Assembly: GCA_964291495.2 (NCBI GenBank)
Contig: OZ219874.1
Span: forward strand, 47,440-111,439
Source: Dehalococcoidia bacterium
GTDB taxonomy: Bacteria; Chloroflexota; Dehalococcoidia; UBA2979
Reading direction: 5' to 3'
DNA length: 64,000 nt
In this document: positions 1 through 8,195 of the stretch, in pieces
How positions within the stretch are numbered: the stretch's first letter is position 1
Layout: the number at the start of each line of letters is the position of its first letter
Notes under the pieces: generated by a model
Told to the model about the DNA's origin: nothing
The model's input: only the letters and a program-made list of their open reading frames with translations
Database searches by the model: none
Position numbers and translations under genes: made by a program

Positions 1-444
1 GCAGGTAAAGAACTGACCGAGGGTGTCCGGCGCGCCGAAGTCGTGTTTGCTGTATTGGCAGACGCGGCCGCGCAGTTTGTAAGTGCCCGGGCGCAACGGC
101 CCAATCTGGACGGTGCCCTCCGCGTCCGTCAGCGATTGGTCGGGAGGCGTGTCGACCACGGGCGGGCGAGGGTTAACAGCGCTGCCAGAGCGCTGTAGTT
201 CCCACTCGATAAAGAGATGGTCTTGCCAGTCAAAGAAGGTGGGGTCGGTGGTGCCCTCCCACGTGTACCTCGCGGTCGCCCGCATATCGGAGATGGTGAA
301 CCCCACGATGTTCGGGACATCCAGCTTGTCGCGATCAGGCGGCTTGGGCAGCGACATCGGCGGATCGAAACCGATCACGAGCTCCACGGGGAGCGGAAAG
401 CCGATCGGTCCCGTCACGAGATTTTCGTGCGGCGGCGCCATCAT
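1..444 (-). CDS. Partial CDS (N-terminal 148 codons; continues past the window start). Paralog of the N-terminal domain of the 572..1927 protein
   Basis: Not in the ORF track because there is no stop inside the window. My reverse-strand translation from ATGATG (444..439) reads MMAPPHENLVTGPIGFPLPVELVIGFDPPMSLPKPP..ARYTWEGTTDPTFFDWQ..PPVVDTPP..GTYKLRGRVCQYSKHDFGAPDTLGQFFTC. This is colinear with ..KVGFPLVVELITGFHPPDSLPDPP..YTWYH..FIDWQ..PPMVDTPP..GWYKLRGRACQYSRHEPGTPDILGQFMVC of the + strand gene. The frame stays open upstream, so GTG at 489 is an alternative start. Confidence 0.5.
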   Translation of the reverse strand, partial: MMAPPHENLVTGPIGFPLPVELVIGFDPPMSLPKPPDRDKLDVPNIVGFTISDMRATARYTWEGTTDPTFFDWQDHLFIEWELQRSGSAVNPRPPVVDTPPDQSLTDAEGTVQIGPLRPGTYKLRGRVCQYSKHDFGAPDTLGQFFTC

Positions 445-571
445 GTGGACGCCTTGCGCCTGACCATCGAGAAGGGCATCTGTCGTCACGGAGATCCCGT
501 AGAGCAGCTGGTCTCGATCAGCCAGTGTTGTCGGGGAGAGATAGTCCCAAGTCTCCCTTTCTACAGATGCA

Positions 572-1927
572 TTGAAGCGACGGAGCAGCAAGTTCCATAC
601 TGAAGAGAACGAGGCGGGAGACTTCGTCCAGAGGAAGGTCGGTTTTCCGCTCGTCGTGGAACTCATAACCGGCTTCCATCCGCCGGACTCGCTGCCCGAT
701 CCGCCTAATGCCAACGAGCAAGTTGCCCCAAGCATCACAGACTTCACGGCATCGCGCGTCCAGGGTACGGTTGGAACCTACGCTGCGACCGGAACCTACA
801 CTTGGTACCACAGCAACCCTATCCGGTTCATTGACTGGCAACTACATCGTTCCAGTAGCGAGACCGGGACGTCGTACAACCCTGTGGTGCCTCGTCCACC
901 GATGGTGGACACACCACCCCAGCCCGGGATGGTGGCACTAACAGGGACCGTCACCTTTACCCCGGTGTCGCCCGGCTGGTATAAGCTGCGAGGTAGAGCG
1001 TGCCAGTACAGCAGGCACGAGCCCGGGACGCCGGACATCCTTGGTCAGTTCATGGTCTGCGGGGATTGGAGCAACTTCTCCGCTCCAGACGATGTTCCAA
1101 TACCGCCGCCGCCGCCGGAACTCTGCACCGTGCGCACGAGCGTGTCTCCGCCGGGTGCCGGGACGGTCAGTGGAGGCGGGACCTATCTCTGCGGGCAGAG
1201 CGTAACGCTTACAGCCACTCCAACGTACCCACAGGTCACCTATCACTCGGGCTGGACAGGCGTGTGCGCGAGTGCGGGTCCTACCTCCTGTACCTTCGGC
1301 GCCGCCAGCGTTTCCGTCACGGCCATCTTCCGCCAGGATTGCGAGCCCATTACTCCCTGTCGCCGCGCCAACGCCGACGACCAGCGAGCGGGGTTCACCT
1401 TCAAGGTCCACCTGGGCGAGAACCTGGCTAGCGGGACAGGCGCGCGTTCGGAGACGCCGCTGAGTGTCGAGGTCACGATCGGGGACTCGGCCCCGCTCGC
1501 CGTGAGCCCAGTCCAAGGCGAAGCGGGGACGTGGTCCGTTGAGGTTCCGGCCAACGCCTCGTTCCTTACCGAGGGGTCGCACGACGTCGTGGTCGACTGG
1601 TACAGGGGCGAAAAGCTCGTCGCCTCTGAGGCCACCACGATCCTCGTGGATCTGACCGCCCCATCGGTCAGCTACAGCGAGCCGGCGTCACTAACTGCGG
1701 GGACGCCTGTCAGCATCTCGCCGTCGACGACGGACACGGACATCGCGTCCTACGCGCTCAAGGCGGGATCGAGCCTGCCCGAGGGTCTCACGCTCGACCG
1801 TGCGAGCGGCGCGGTCAGCGGCACGCCGAGTGCGGCAGAGGCCGCGGGGGACGTGACCATCGTGGTCACGGACGAGGCCGGCAACACTTTGGAGGTCACG
1901 CTCGCGCTGCCGGCGGTGGAGGAATAA
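572..1927 (+). CDS. Multi-domain repeat protein: novel N-terminal domain, InlB-B-repeat-like module, Ig-like (He_PIG/cadherin-like) C-terminal module
   Basis: 451-aa ORF with a TTG start. VSPPGAGTVSGGGTYLCGQSVTLTATP..GWTGVC resembles divergent InlB B-repeats. SYSEPASLTAGTPVSISPS..LPEGLTLDRASGAVSGTPSAAEAAGDVTIVVTDEAGN resembles putative Ig/He_PIG domains. No obvious signal peptide, and the start codon is uncertain. Confidence 0.6.
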   Translation: MKRRSSKFHTEENEAGDFVQRKVGFPLVVELITGFHPPDSLPDPPNANEQVAPSITDFTASRVQGTVGTYAATGTYTWYHSNPIRFIDWQLHRSSSETGTSYNPVVPRPPMVDTPPQPGMVALTGTVTFTPVSPGWYKLRGRACQYSRHEPGTPDILGQFMVCGDWSNFSAPDDVPIPPPPPELCTVRTSVSPPGAGTVSGGGTYLCGQSVTLTATPTYPQVTYHSGWTGVCASAGPTSCTFGAASVSVTAIFRQDCEPITPCRRANADDQRAGFTFKVHLGENLASGTGARSETPLSVEVTIGDSAPLAVSPVQGEAGTWSVEVPANASFLTEGSHDVVVDWYRGEKLVASEATTILVDLTAPSVSYSEPASLTAGTPVSISPSTTDTDIASYALKAGSSLPEGLTLDRASGAVSGTPSAAEAAGDVTIVVTDEAGNTLEVTLALPAVEE

Positions 1928-2172
1928 CACCGCCGGCAGCGTGACGCAATCACTTGAATCAGGGGCCCGTGCCATTGACTGTTTTGAGTTGATCGAGGTG
2001 GCGCGAACGCCGCCTGCCAACGTGCTCCGCCGGCGTATCGTCTGGTGACTGGGCATGGCAGTGTCACACTTGAGGTAGCCCGGGCGCCGTCGCTGACCCG
2101 GCCGCGCGGGGCTTGGCGGACTGGCCTTGGCATCGACGCTCGGCGTAGTGTGGCACAGGATCGAGGGGCGCC

Positions 2173-3390
2173 ATGGATACACGACGAACGGCCTTGCTGG
2201 CGGCGCTGCTGCTCGCCGCAGCGGCCCTCGCGGCCTGCAGGGGCGGAGGAGACGAGGCCGGCCAAGGCGAGGTGTTGGCGACAGCAACGCCGACTTCGAC
2301 GACGGCTACCGCCCCTCAGGCTCGGACCCCAACCGGGGCGCCTGCCCCAATCTCGGCCGCCGCGGCGTCGCCGATCCCGACGCCGCGGCCGCCGGAGCCG
2401 CCAGACGTAGCCGCGGACCGCGCCGTCCTCGTCGTGCTCTACCACGCCATGGGCGGTGCTGACTGGTTTCGGAACACGAACTGGTTGACCAGCCTGCCGC
2501 TCGGCGAGTGGTCCGGCGTCTCGACTGACCGCGACGGTCGCGTAAGAAGTCTGTCCCTCACCAGTCTCAGCGGCCGTATCCCGCCGGAGTTGGGCGACCT
2601 CAGCAGGCTGGAGTGGCTCACCCTCAACGGAACCCCCAGTTGGGGTTATGCCAGCCAGTTGAGCGGCCCCATCCCACCGGAGCTGGGCAACCTCCAGAAC
2701 CTTACGTGGCTGGATCTCTCCTGGAATCAGTTGAGCGGGCCGATCCCCGCTGAACTGGGCAACCTGACCGCGCTGACGTGGCTGAGCCTCTCGGCCAACA
2801 AGTTGAGCGGACCCATCCCGCCCGAACTGGGCAACCTCACCCGGCTGGACTCTCTGGCTCTCTGGGGCAACGCGTTCACAGGATCCATCCCTGCCGAACT
2901 GGGCGGCCTCCAGAACCTGACACACATGTTCATTGCAGACACTCAGTTGAGCGGCCCGCTCCCGTCCGAGTTGGGAGGCCTCACGAGCCTGGTGATCCTT
3001 GTGCTCGCTGGGAACAGGTTGAGCGGACCCATCCCGCCCGAACTGGGCGGCCTCCAGAACCTCCAGGATCTAAACCTCTCGGACAACGACCTGAGCGGGC
3101 CCATCCCTGCTGAGCTCGGCAATCTCATGAACCTTCGGCTCCTGGACCTCTCGGGCAACGACTTGAGCGGGCCCATCCCGCCCGAACTGGGTGGCCTCCA
3201 GAACCTCTGGTACCTACGCCTCTCGGACAACGACTTGAGCGGGCGCTTCCCCTCTGAACTGGGCAGCCTCACGAAGCTCGAGGATGTGCGTATCGCGGGT
3301 AACAGGTTGGCCCGTTGTATCCCTGAGGGATGGCGGGGCACTCGTGTTGGCGCCCTGGTCGTGGAGCGTGGCTGGCACTACTGCTACTGA
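2173..3390 (+). CDS. Leucine-rich-repeat lipoprotein (plant-type 24-residue LRRs)
   Basis: 405 aa. Signal peptide with lipobox (MDTRRTALLAALLLAAAALAAC), then a Thr/Pro-rich linker, then an LRRNT-like cap (DRAVLVVLYHAMGGADWFRNTNWLTSLPLGEWSGVSTD). About 11 repeats follow of the form LxxLxxLxLxxNxLSGPIPxELGxL. Confidence 0.85.
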   Translation: MDTRRTALLAALLLAAAALAACRGGGDEAGQGEVLATATPTSTTATAPQARTPTGAPAPISAAAASPIPTPRPPEPPDVAADRAVLVVLYHAMGGADWFRNTNWLTSLPLGEWSGVSTDRDGRVRSLSLTSLSGRIPPELGDLSRLEWLTLNGTPSWGYASQLSGPIPPELGNLQNLTWLDLSWNQLSGPIPAELGNLTALTWLSLSANKLSGPIPPELGNLTRLDSLALWGNAFTGSIPAELGGLQNLTHMFIADTQLSGPLPSELGGLTSLVILVLAGNRLSGPIPPELGGLQNLQDLNLSDNDLSGPIPAELGNLMNLRLLDLSGNDLSGPIPPELGGLQNLWYLRLSDNDLSGRFPSELGSLTKLEDVRIAGNRLARCIPEGWRGTRVGALVVERGWHYCY

Positions 3391-4040
3391 GCCGCGCCCG
3401 CACGCGCAGGCCGGGTACTCGGGCCGGGCGCCGGCTGCCGCGGCCAGTTCCACCACCGAGCGTGGGTGTCCCTAGCTGAGCCGGCCGCGATCCAGGGCGC
3501 ATCGACCGCCACGACGGAGCTACGCTGACTGCACGATCTTAGGCTCACACCTGCACCAGCAGGGTTCCTTCCACCAAGCAGCAGTGATTGCGCTGGCGGC
3601 GGCGAGTACGAGCTCGCACCTCGCCGCCACGGGTTCGGGGCCGCGACTGGGAGCGGGCACTGGAACGACGAAAGTCGAGGCGAGGGTGGCGCGCCCCGGC
3701 CACAAACTTCAGCACGGACCACATGCTCTCGGACCCCTCGTGCACTCTCTCTAGGGTGACGGCCGCTGCCACCGCAACTGTCACCGTCGCCGCCAGCTAC
3801 CGCCGGGAGACCGACGGACGACTACCGCACGCTGTCCGCGCCCCGAGGATGACGATCGCAGAGGCCGGCGACGGCCTTTCGGCGGATGGCCGGACTCAGT
3901 GGTTGCGGTCAGGTCGGATTCTCTGAGTGCCGGGCCATTATGCCTGACGCTCCGGTGATGCTGCACAACAACGAGTTGACCGGACCGATCCTGGTCACGT
4001 CCCGTCAAGTGGTGTCGCTGTGCACCATCCTGATCAGTTC

Positions 4041-5097
4041 TCAGCTGGCAGCCTGCAGGAGCACCTCCTCTGCTGAAGTGACCTCGGGTGCGGGCGGGGG
4101 CAGCAGCGTCACCGCCGCCATGTAGCGCCTCGCCACGGCCCATTCGTCGTGCTGCTCGGCCAGCACCGCACCGACCAGGCCGACCACCGCGGCGCGGTTG
4201 GGAAAGATGCCGACCACGTCGGTGCGGCGCCGGATCTCGCGGGTTGAGACGCTCGAGCGGGTTGTTGGACCAGACCTGCCGCCAGTGCGCGAGCGGGCAG
4301 GCCGTGAAGGCGAGGACCTCCGGCGCCGCCTCGTCGAGCATCGCCGCGGCCTCCGGGAAGCGCTCCTCCAGCTGGTCGACGACCCGGGCGTGCTGGGCGT
4401 GCACCTCGGCGCCGAGGGCTGCTGGAAGATGGTGCGCACCGTCGTCGCCACCAGCCCCTCGGCGCTCTTCGGCACGCGGGTCAGCAGGTTGCGCATGAAG
4501 TGCGTCCTGCAGCGCTGCCAGGATGCGCCGCCGAAGACGGTTGCGATCGCCTCGCGCAGGCCCTGGTGGGCGTCCGAGGTGACGAGCTCGACTCCTGCGA
4601 GCCCGCGCGCCACGAGGCCCCGAAGAAATGCGAGCCAGAACGCCCCGTCCTCGGAGGTGCTGACGTCGAATACCCAGCACCTCGCGCTTGCCGTCACAGT
4701 TGACGGCGGTGGCGACCACGACGCTGACCTGCTGGATGCGGCCCTCCTCGCGCACGCGCTGGGTGAGCGCGTCGAGCCAGAGGTAGCGGTAGGGACCTGC
4801 GTCGAGCGGTCGCTCGAGGAAGCTCGTCACGACCGTGTCGAGCTCGGAGCAGATGCGCGTGACCTGGCTCTTGGAGATGCCCTCGCAGCCGAGCGAGCGC
4901 ACGAGGTCGTCGACGCGGCGCGTCGAGACGCCCTCGACGTAGGCCTGCGTGACGACCGAGACGAGGGCGCGCTCCGAGCGCCGGCGCGGCTCGAGCAGCG
5001 AGGGGAAGTAGCTGCCCTCGCGCAGCTTCGGGATACCCAGCTCGATCGTGCCCACGCGCGTGTCCCAGCGCCTCGGCCGGTAGCCGTTGCGCCGGGT
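4041..5097 (-). mobile_element. IS256-family (Mutator-type) transposase remnant, 5'-truncated and frameshifted (pseudogene)
   Basis: Hallmark stretches are split over two frames. They include RNGYRPRRWDTRVGTIELGIPKLREGSYFPSLLEPRRR..GVSTRRVDDLV and [46 protein letters not shown]. Further stretches are [36 protein letters not shown] and [29 protein letters not shown]. Frame switches lie near 4680, 4430 and 4260. The roughly 90-100 N-terminal codons normally upstream of RNGYR are absent. Element ends (IRs) were not identified. Confidence 0.8.
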
Positions 5098-5481
5098 CGA
5101 CGGCCCAGGTCATCGCCTCGATGTTCCCCAGCACCTCCACCGCGGTGACGTCGCGCGGCTCCTCTCCGAGCTGGCGGGCAGTCTGGGCGCGGAGGAGCCG
5201 GCGGCCCCCCACCTCGAGGCCCTCGATCCGTGAGGAGGCCACCGCTTCGGCGCGCAGCAGCAGCCGAGCAAGCGCCTCGGTGTCGGCGAGCGTGCCGGCC
5301 GCGTCGAGCAGACGAGCGCCGCCTCGGCGTCGGTGACGTCGGCGGCGACATCCCCGTCAAGCACGAACCGCCGGCCGACGAGTGGGTCGGGAATGTAGAC
5401 TTCGTAGTCGCAGGGGCGGCGATCGCGGCGTGTCTGGCCGCGTTCATCGCCCTGCCAGCGCCGCGCTTCCAACCGGGCCAT
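5098..5481 (-). pseudogene. Fic/DOC-family protein, N-terminal fragment only (frameshifted, 3'-truncated at the IS256 remnant)
   Basis: MARLEARRWQGDERGQTRRDRRPCDYEVYIPDPLVGRRFVLDGDVAADVTDAEAAL, then a frameshift near 5308-5312. The sequence continues in another frame as LLDAAGTLADTEALARLLLRAEAVASSRIEGLEVGGRRLLRAQ..EVLGNIEAMTWAVD, which is typical of a Fic N-terminal region. The Fic core motif region is missing. Confidence 0.65.
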
Positions 5482-5597
5482 CTCGACCTCCTATTCAAGG
5501 ATACACCAGAACCTTGAATATAGAGCACGGCAGTTGAAGGTTCGGGGCGAGCGCTCTCCTGAGCAAATGCTGCTGTACGACGGACAAGGAGCAGATC

Positions 5598-6369
5598 ATG
5601 TCGGACCTGATCGAGCACCTCCGATCGTTCAACAGGAAGGAGCGCTTCATTCCTGCTGCGCGAGGCCCTCGGCGGCGACACCCTCGGCGACGACTTCCGC
5701 GAGCGGCTCGGCGAAGCCATCGGTGTTGCGATCCCCGAGGACGCGTTCGTCGCGATGGACTACCACCTCGACTGGCTGCAGATGGCGCTCTACCTGGCAG
5801 CCAATCCCTCGCCGCCGGAGCGTATCCGCAACGACGGACTCGTCTCCGGGAACCAGGAAGACGCGGACCTGATCGTCGCGTTCGAGGGGGACTCGACGAC
5901 GCACGTCGCCCTGGTTGAAGCGAAGGTCGAGACGAACTGGGCGAACAGGCAGCTCAAGTCGAAGGCCGGGCGGCTTAGCCGGATCTTCGGCGAAGGGCGG
6001 CCCGGGGTTCACCTGGCGACGCCCCACTACGTGCTCGCATCACCCGAACCGCCCCCTCCGGGCATCAGCACCGCCGGTTGGCCCGAGTGGATGAGGCCCC
6101 ATGACGAGCCGGTCTGGATCGAGCTCAGGAGGCCGGCCCGGCTCAAGAAGCCGACGCGCTGTACGGCGCACGGGAAGACCTCGCGGCGGGGCCGCTTCGT
6201 GAAGATCGAATCGGTGAGCGGCTACGCCCAGCCGGCAGCGTCGGGAGTCGGTCCGCACGAGGTCGTGCATAAGGGCCAGGCGTACACCGTCGACTCTGAG
6301 GGCTTCGTCCTGCTCGCCTCGGGCCGCCGCGACAAGCGCTACAAGTACCCGCTCGTTCAGCGGTCCTGA
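5598..6369 (+). pseudogene. PD-(D/E)xK nuclease-like hypothetical protein with a +1 frameshift near 5649
   Basis: MSDLIEHLRSFNRKERF (ATG 5598) runs into nonsense. The real continuation FLLREALGGDTLGDDFRERL..AMDYHLDWLQMALY..EDADLIVAFEGDSTTHVALVEAKVETNW lies in the frame of ORF 5755..6369. That frame is open from 5611 but has no start codon before 5755. D..(x)n..E-A-K looks like a PD-(D/E)xK signature. Confidence 0.5.
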
Positions 6370-6562
6370 GCGCTGCCGCCAGCCGTGAGCCGGGTCAAGG
6401 CCACGGCACGGCGGGCGGGCCTACAAGCCTCTTACCGACGGATCGCCGGTCCGCCTTGCGCGGCTACTCCTCTCGGTGAACTCGGCATCGGGCGTCTCGA
6501 AGGCGGAAGGAGGGACGCCAAGCCATCGAGCCGCGGTGGAGCCACCTCGTCAGGCTGATCGG

Positions 6563-6826
6563 TCAAGGGGTTCGTCGTTCCTCGGTCAGCGAGGCACGCC
6601 AGAGCACGAGCGCATCCACGACGCGCGCGCTGGGTTCGTCGGCGGATCGATTGCCGGCGGCGCCATGGCGTCCTTCCCACCAGTCCTCCCCAACGTCGAG
6701 TTCGATGCGCTCGACGGAGACCCGCTCGGGCTCGACGTCGTCGAAGCCGTCCTCGTAGCCGTTCACGACGACGCGCAGATCGGACGGGTGGTCGGCCAGA
6801 AGTGCGATCAGTTGTTGTACGGTCAT
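6563..6826 (-). CDS. Small acidic hypothetical protein
   Basis: Internal ATG of ORF 6563..6871: MTVQQLIALLADHPSDLRVVVNGYEDGFDDVEPERVSVERIELDVGEDWWEGRHG.. The composition is protein-like. No family recognised. Confidence 0.45.
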   Translation of the reverse strand: MTVQQLIALLADHPSDLRVVVNGYEDGFDDVEPERVSVERIELDVGEDWWEGRHGAAGNRSADEPSARVVDALVLWRASLTEERRTP

Positions 6827-6925
6827 GGCGTTGCCGCCTCCTTGTTCGCGAAGTGCTCCCCGCGCCACCATTCCTGCGTATCGCCCTCGCGATCCCGAGC
6901 CAGGACATCGCGTGTGGCCGCCGGG

Positions 6926-7372
6926 CTACATGTGATAGTCGACCAGGACGGGCACGTATCCCCGCTCGGTGTACGACTGCAGCGTGGCGTGGAAGGCTGC
7001 ATTCCACTCCGGGACATCCTCGTCGAAGCCGACTGCGCGCTCATAGAACGAGTCCCTATCGGACCAGCCCTCGTCGGGAAGCAGCAGGGCGAACGACGGG
7101 GACCCGCCGGGTTTCGCGCCGTCGTAGCGAGACCGACCCTGGCCGACGAACTGGTACCAGTCCCAGGTCGGATAGGGATTGATCGTCGACCACACCTTGA
7201 GCGTCCCGTTGCAGCACGTAGCGTCGTGCTCGTCTTCCCAGCAGTCCTCTTGGTAGGCCGGAGCCTCGAACAGGTCGCCGTAGGGCTCCATCAGCTCGTC
7301 GACACGCGCGTGCCGCTCGGCCTCGGTGCTCGCGTGCTCGGGTTCGACGAGGAAGGTCAACAGCAAGTGCAT
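6926..7372 (-). CDS. Hypothetical protein (acidic, Trp-rich)
   Basis: Internal ATG of ORF 6926..7411: MHLLLTFLVEPEHASTEAERHARVDELMEPYGDLFEAPAYQEDCWEDEHD..PTWDWYQFVGQGRSRYDG.. It lies in tandem with 6563..6826. No family recognised. Confidence 0.5.
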   Translation of the reverse strand: MHLLLTFLVEPEHASTEAERHARVDELMEPYGDLFEAPAYQEDCWEDEHDATCCNGTLKVWSTINPYPTWDWYQFVGQGRSRYDGAKPGGSPSFALLLPDEGWSDRDSFYERAVGFDEDVPEWNAAFHATLQSYTERGYVPVLVDYHM

Positions 7373-8146
7373 GCGTCCCCCGTGCCGTTGCGGGGAGCAC
7401 CGATGCGACACGGTGCATCGTGCTCGTCGCCTCTACGCCACACCATTCTAGCGAGCGACCGGGCCCCGGCCCGCGGGGCTCCCCGCGCATAGCGGCCGGT
7501 CTTGCGTGAAGGGGTCTCTGAGCGAGATGTGAATAGACAGGCAGTGCGGGTAGGGCTCAACCCGCACCATCAGAGCGATCGTTGGCCCGTGGGTGCGACC
7601 AGGACAGGGGGCGACGAGGATGGGAACGAGACAGCCTGAAGCGCAGAAGCAAGGGACGCGGGAGCTGCCGAGCTTGGCGGTCACACTCGATGTCCGCGCG
7701 TACGCGGGTCCGCCGACGAAGGCGTGGAACGACCTGTGGTCGAGGATCATCAAGGAGCTGTCCGCTGAGTTCGACCGTCAAGATCGAGGGGGTGTCCCCG
7801 CAGATCGTGCCGAGCGAGCTCTTTGAGCGCGCCCGGGCGCGCCTCGATAGCCCCCTCGAAGCGACCGAACTCCGTCCGGATCTCCCGGGCTGAACCGGTA
7901 GAAGGCAGGTGGAAGAGCGTCGAGCTGTGCCGCCCGATGAGCGCGCCGAGAGGGTGAGCGACTTGCCGCAGGCGTGCGCAAGCACGCCGGCGGCGATACC
8001 TGAGCGGGGTCGCGGCCTTTGTGACCTAGGCTTCTGCGGCCGGAACGCTCGACACTTGATCGGGAAGTTGGCCCCACTTTGGCCCCAAGGTGGCGCCGCT
8101 CAAGCCAACCGAACGGACAAGGGCGGCGAAAAACCCTTGTGGTTGT

Positions 8147-8195
8147 TGGTGCCCCCAAGCGGGTTCGAACCGCTGTTTCCACCTCGAAAGGGTGG
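8147..8195 (-). tRNA. Orphan 3' half of tRNA-Glu(UUC): anticodon arm to CCA; not an intact gene
   Basis: The minus strand reads CCACC-CTTTCGA-GGTGG (anticodon stem/loop, anticodon TTC), then AAAC, then AGCGG-TTCGAAC-CCGCT (T arm), then TGGGGGC-A-CCA. The sequence 5' of it (..GCTCGCGCAATGCGCAGAGTGGAAC) forms neither a D arm nor the GCCCCCA acceptor strand. Confidence 0.6.

Noticed and set aside
3400-3940. Possible gene or third copy of repeat B downstream of the first LRR gene
   Set aside because: Only a weak 8-nt match (tccaccac) to repeat B was found. All ORFs here have implausible composition. The region is left as unannotated spacer.
7557-7985. 142-aa minus-strand ORF with ..GVLAHACGKSLTLSA.. 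considered as a P-loop/IstB-like fragment
   Set aside because: It has no proper GxxxxGK[ST] context, and the rest of the ORF is Arg/Ser/Pro-rich junk. It is treated as part of the decayed region.
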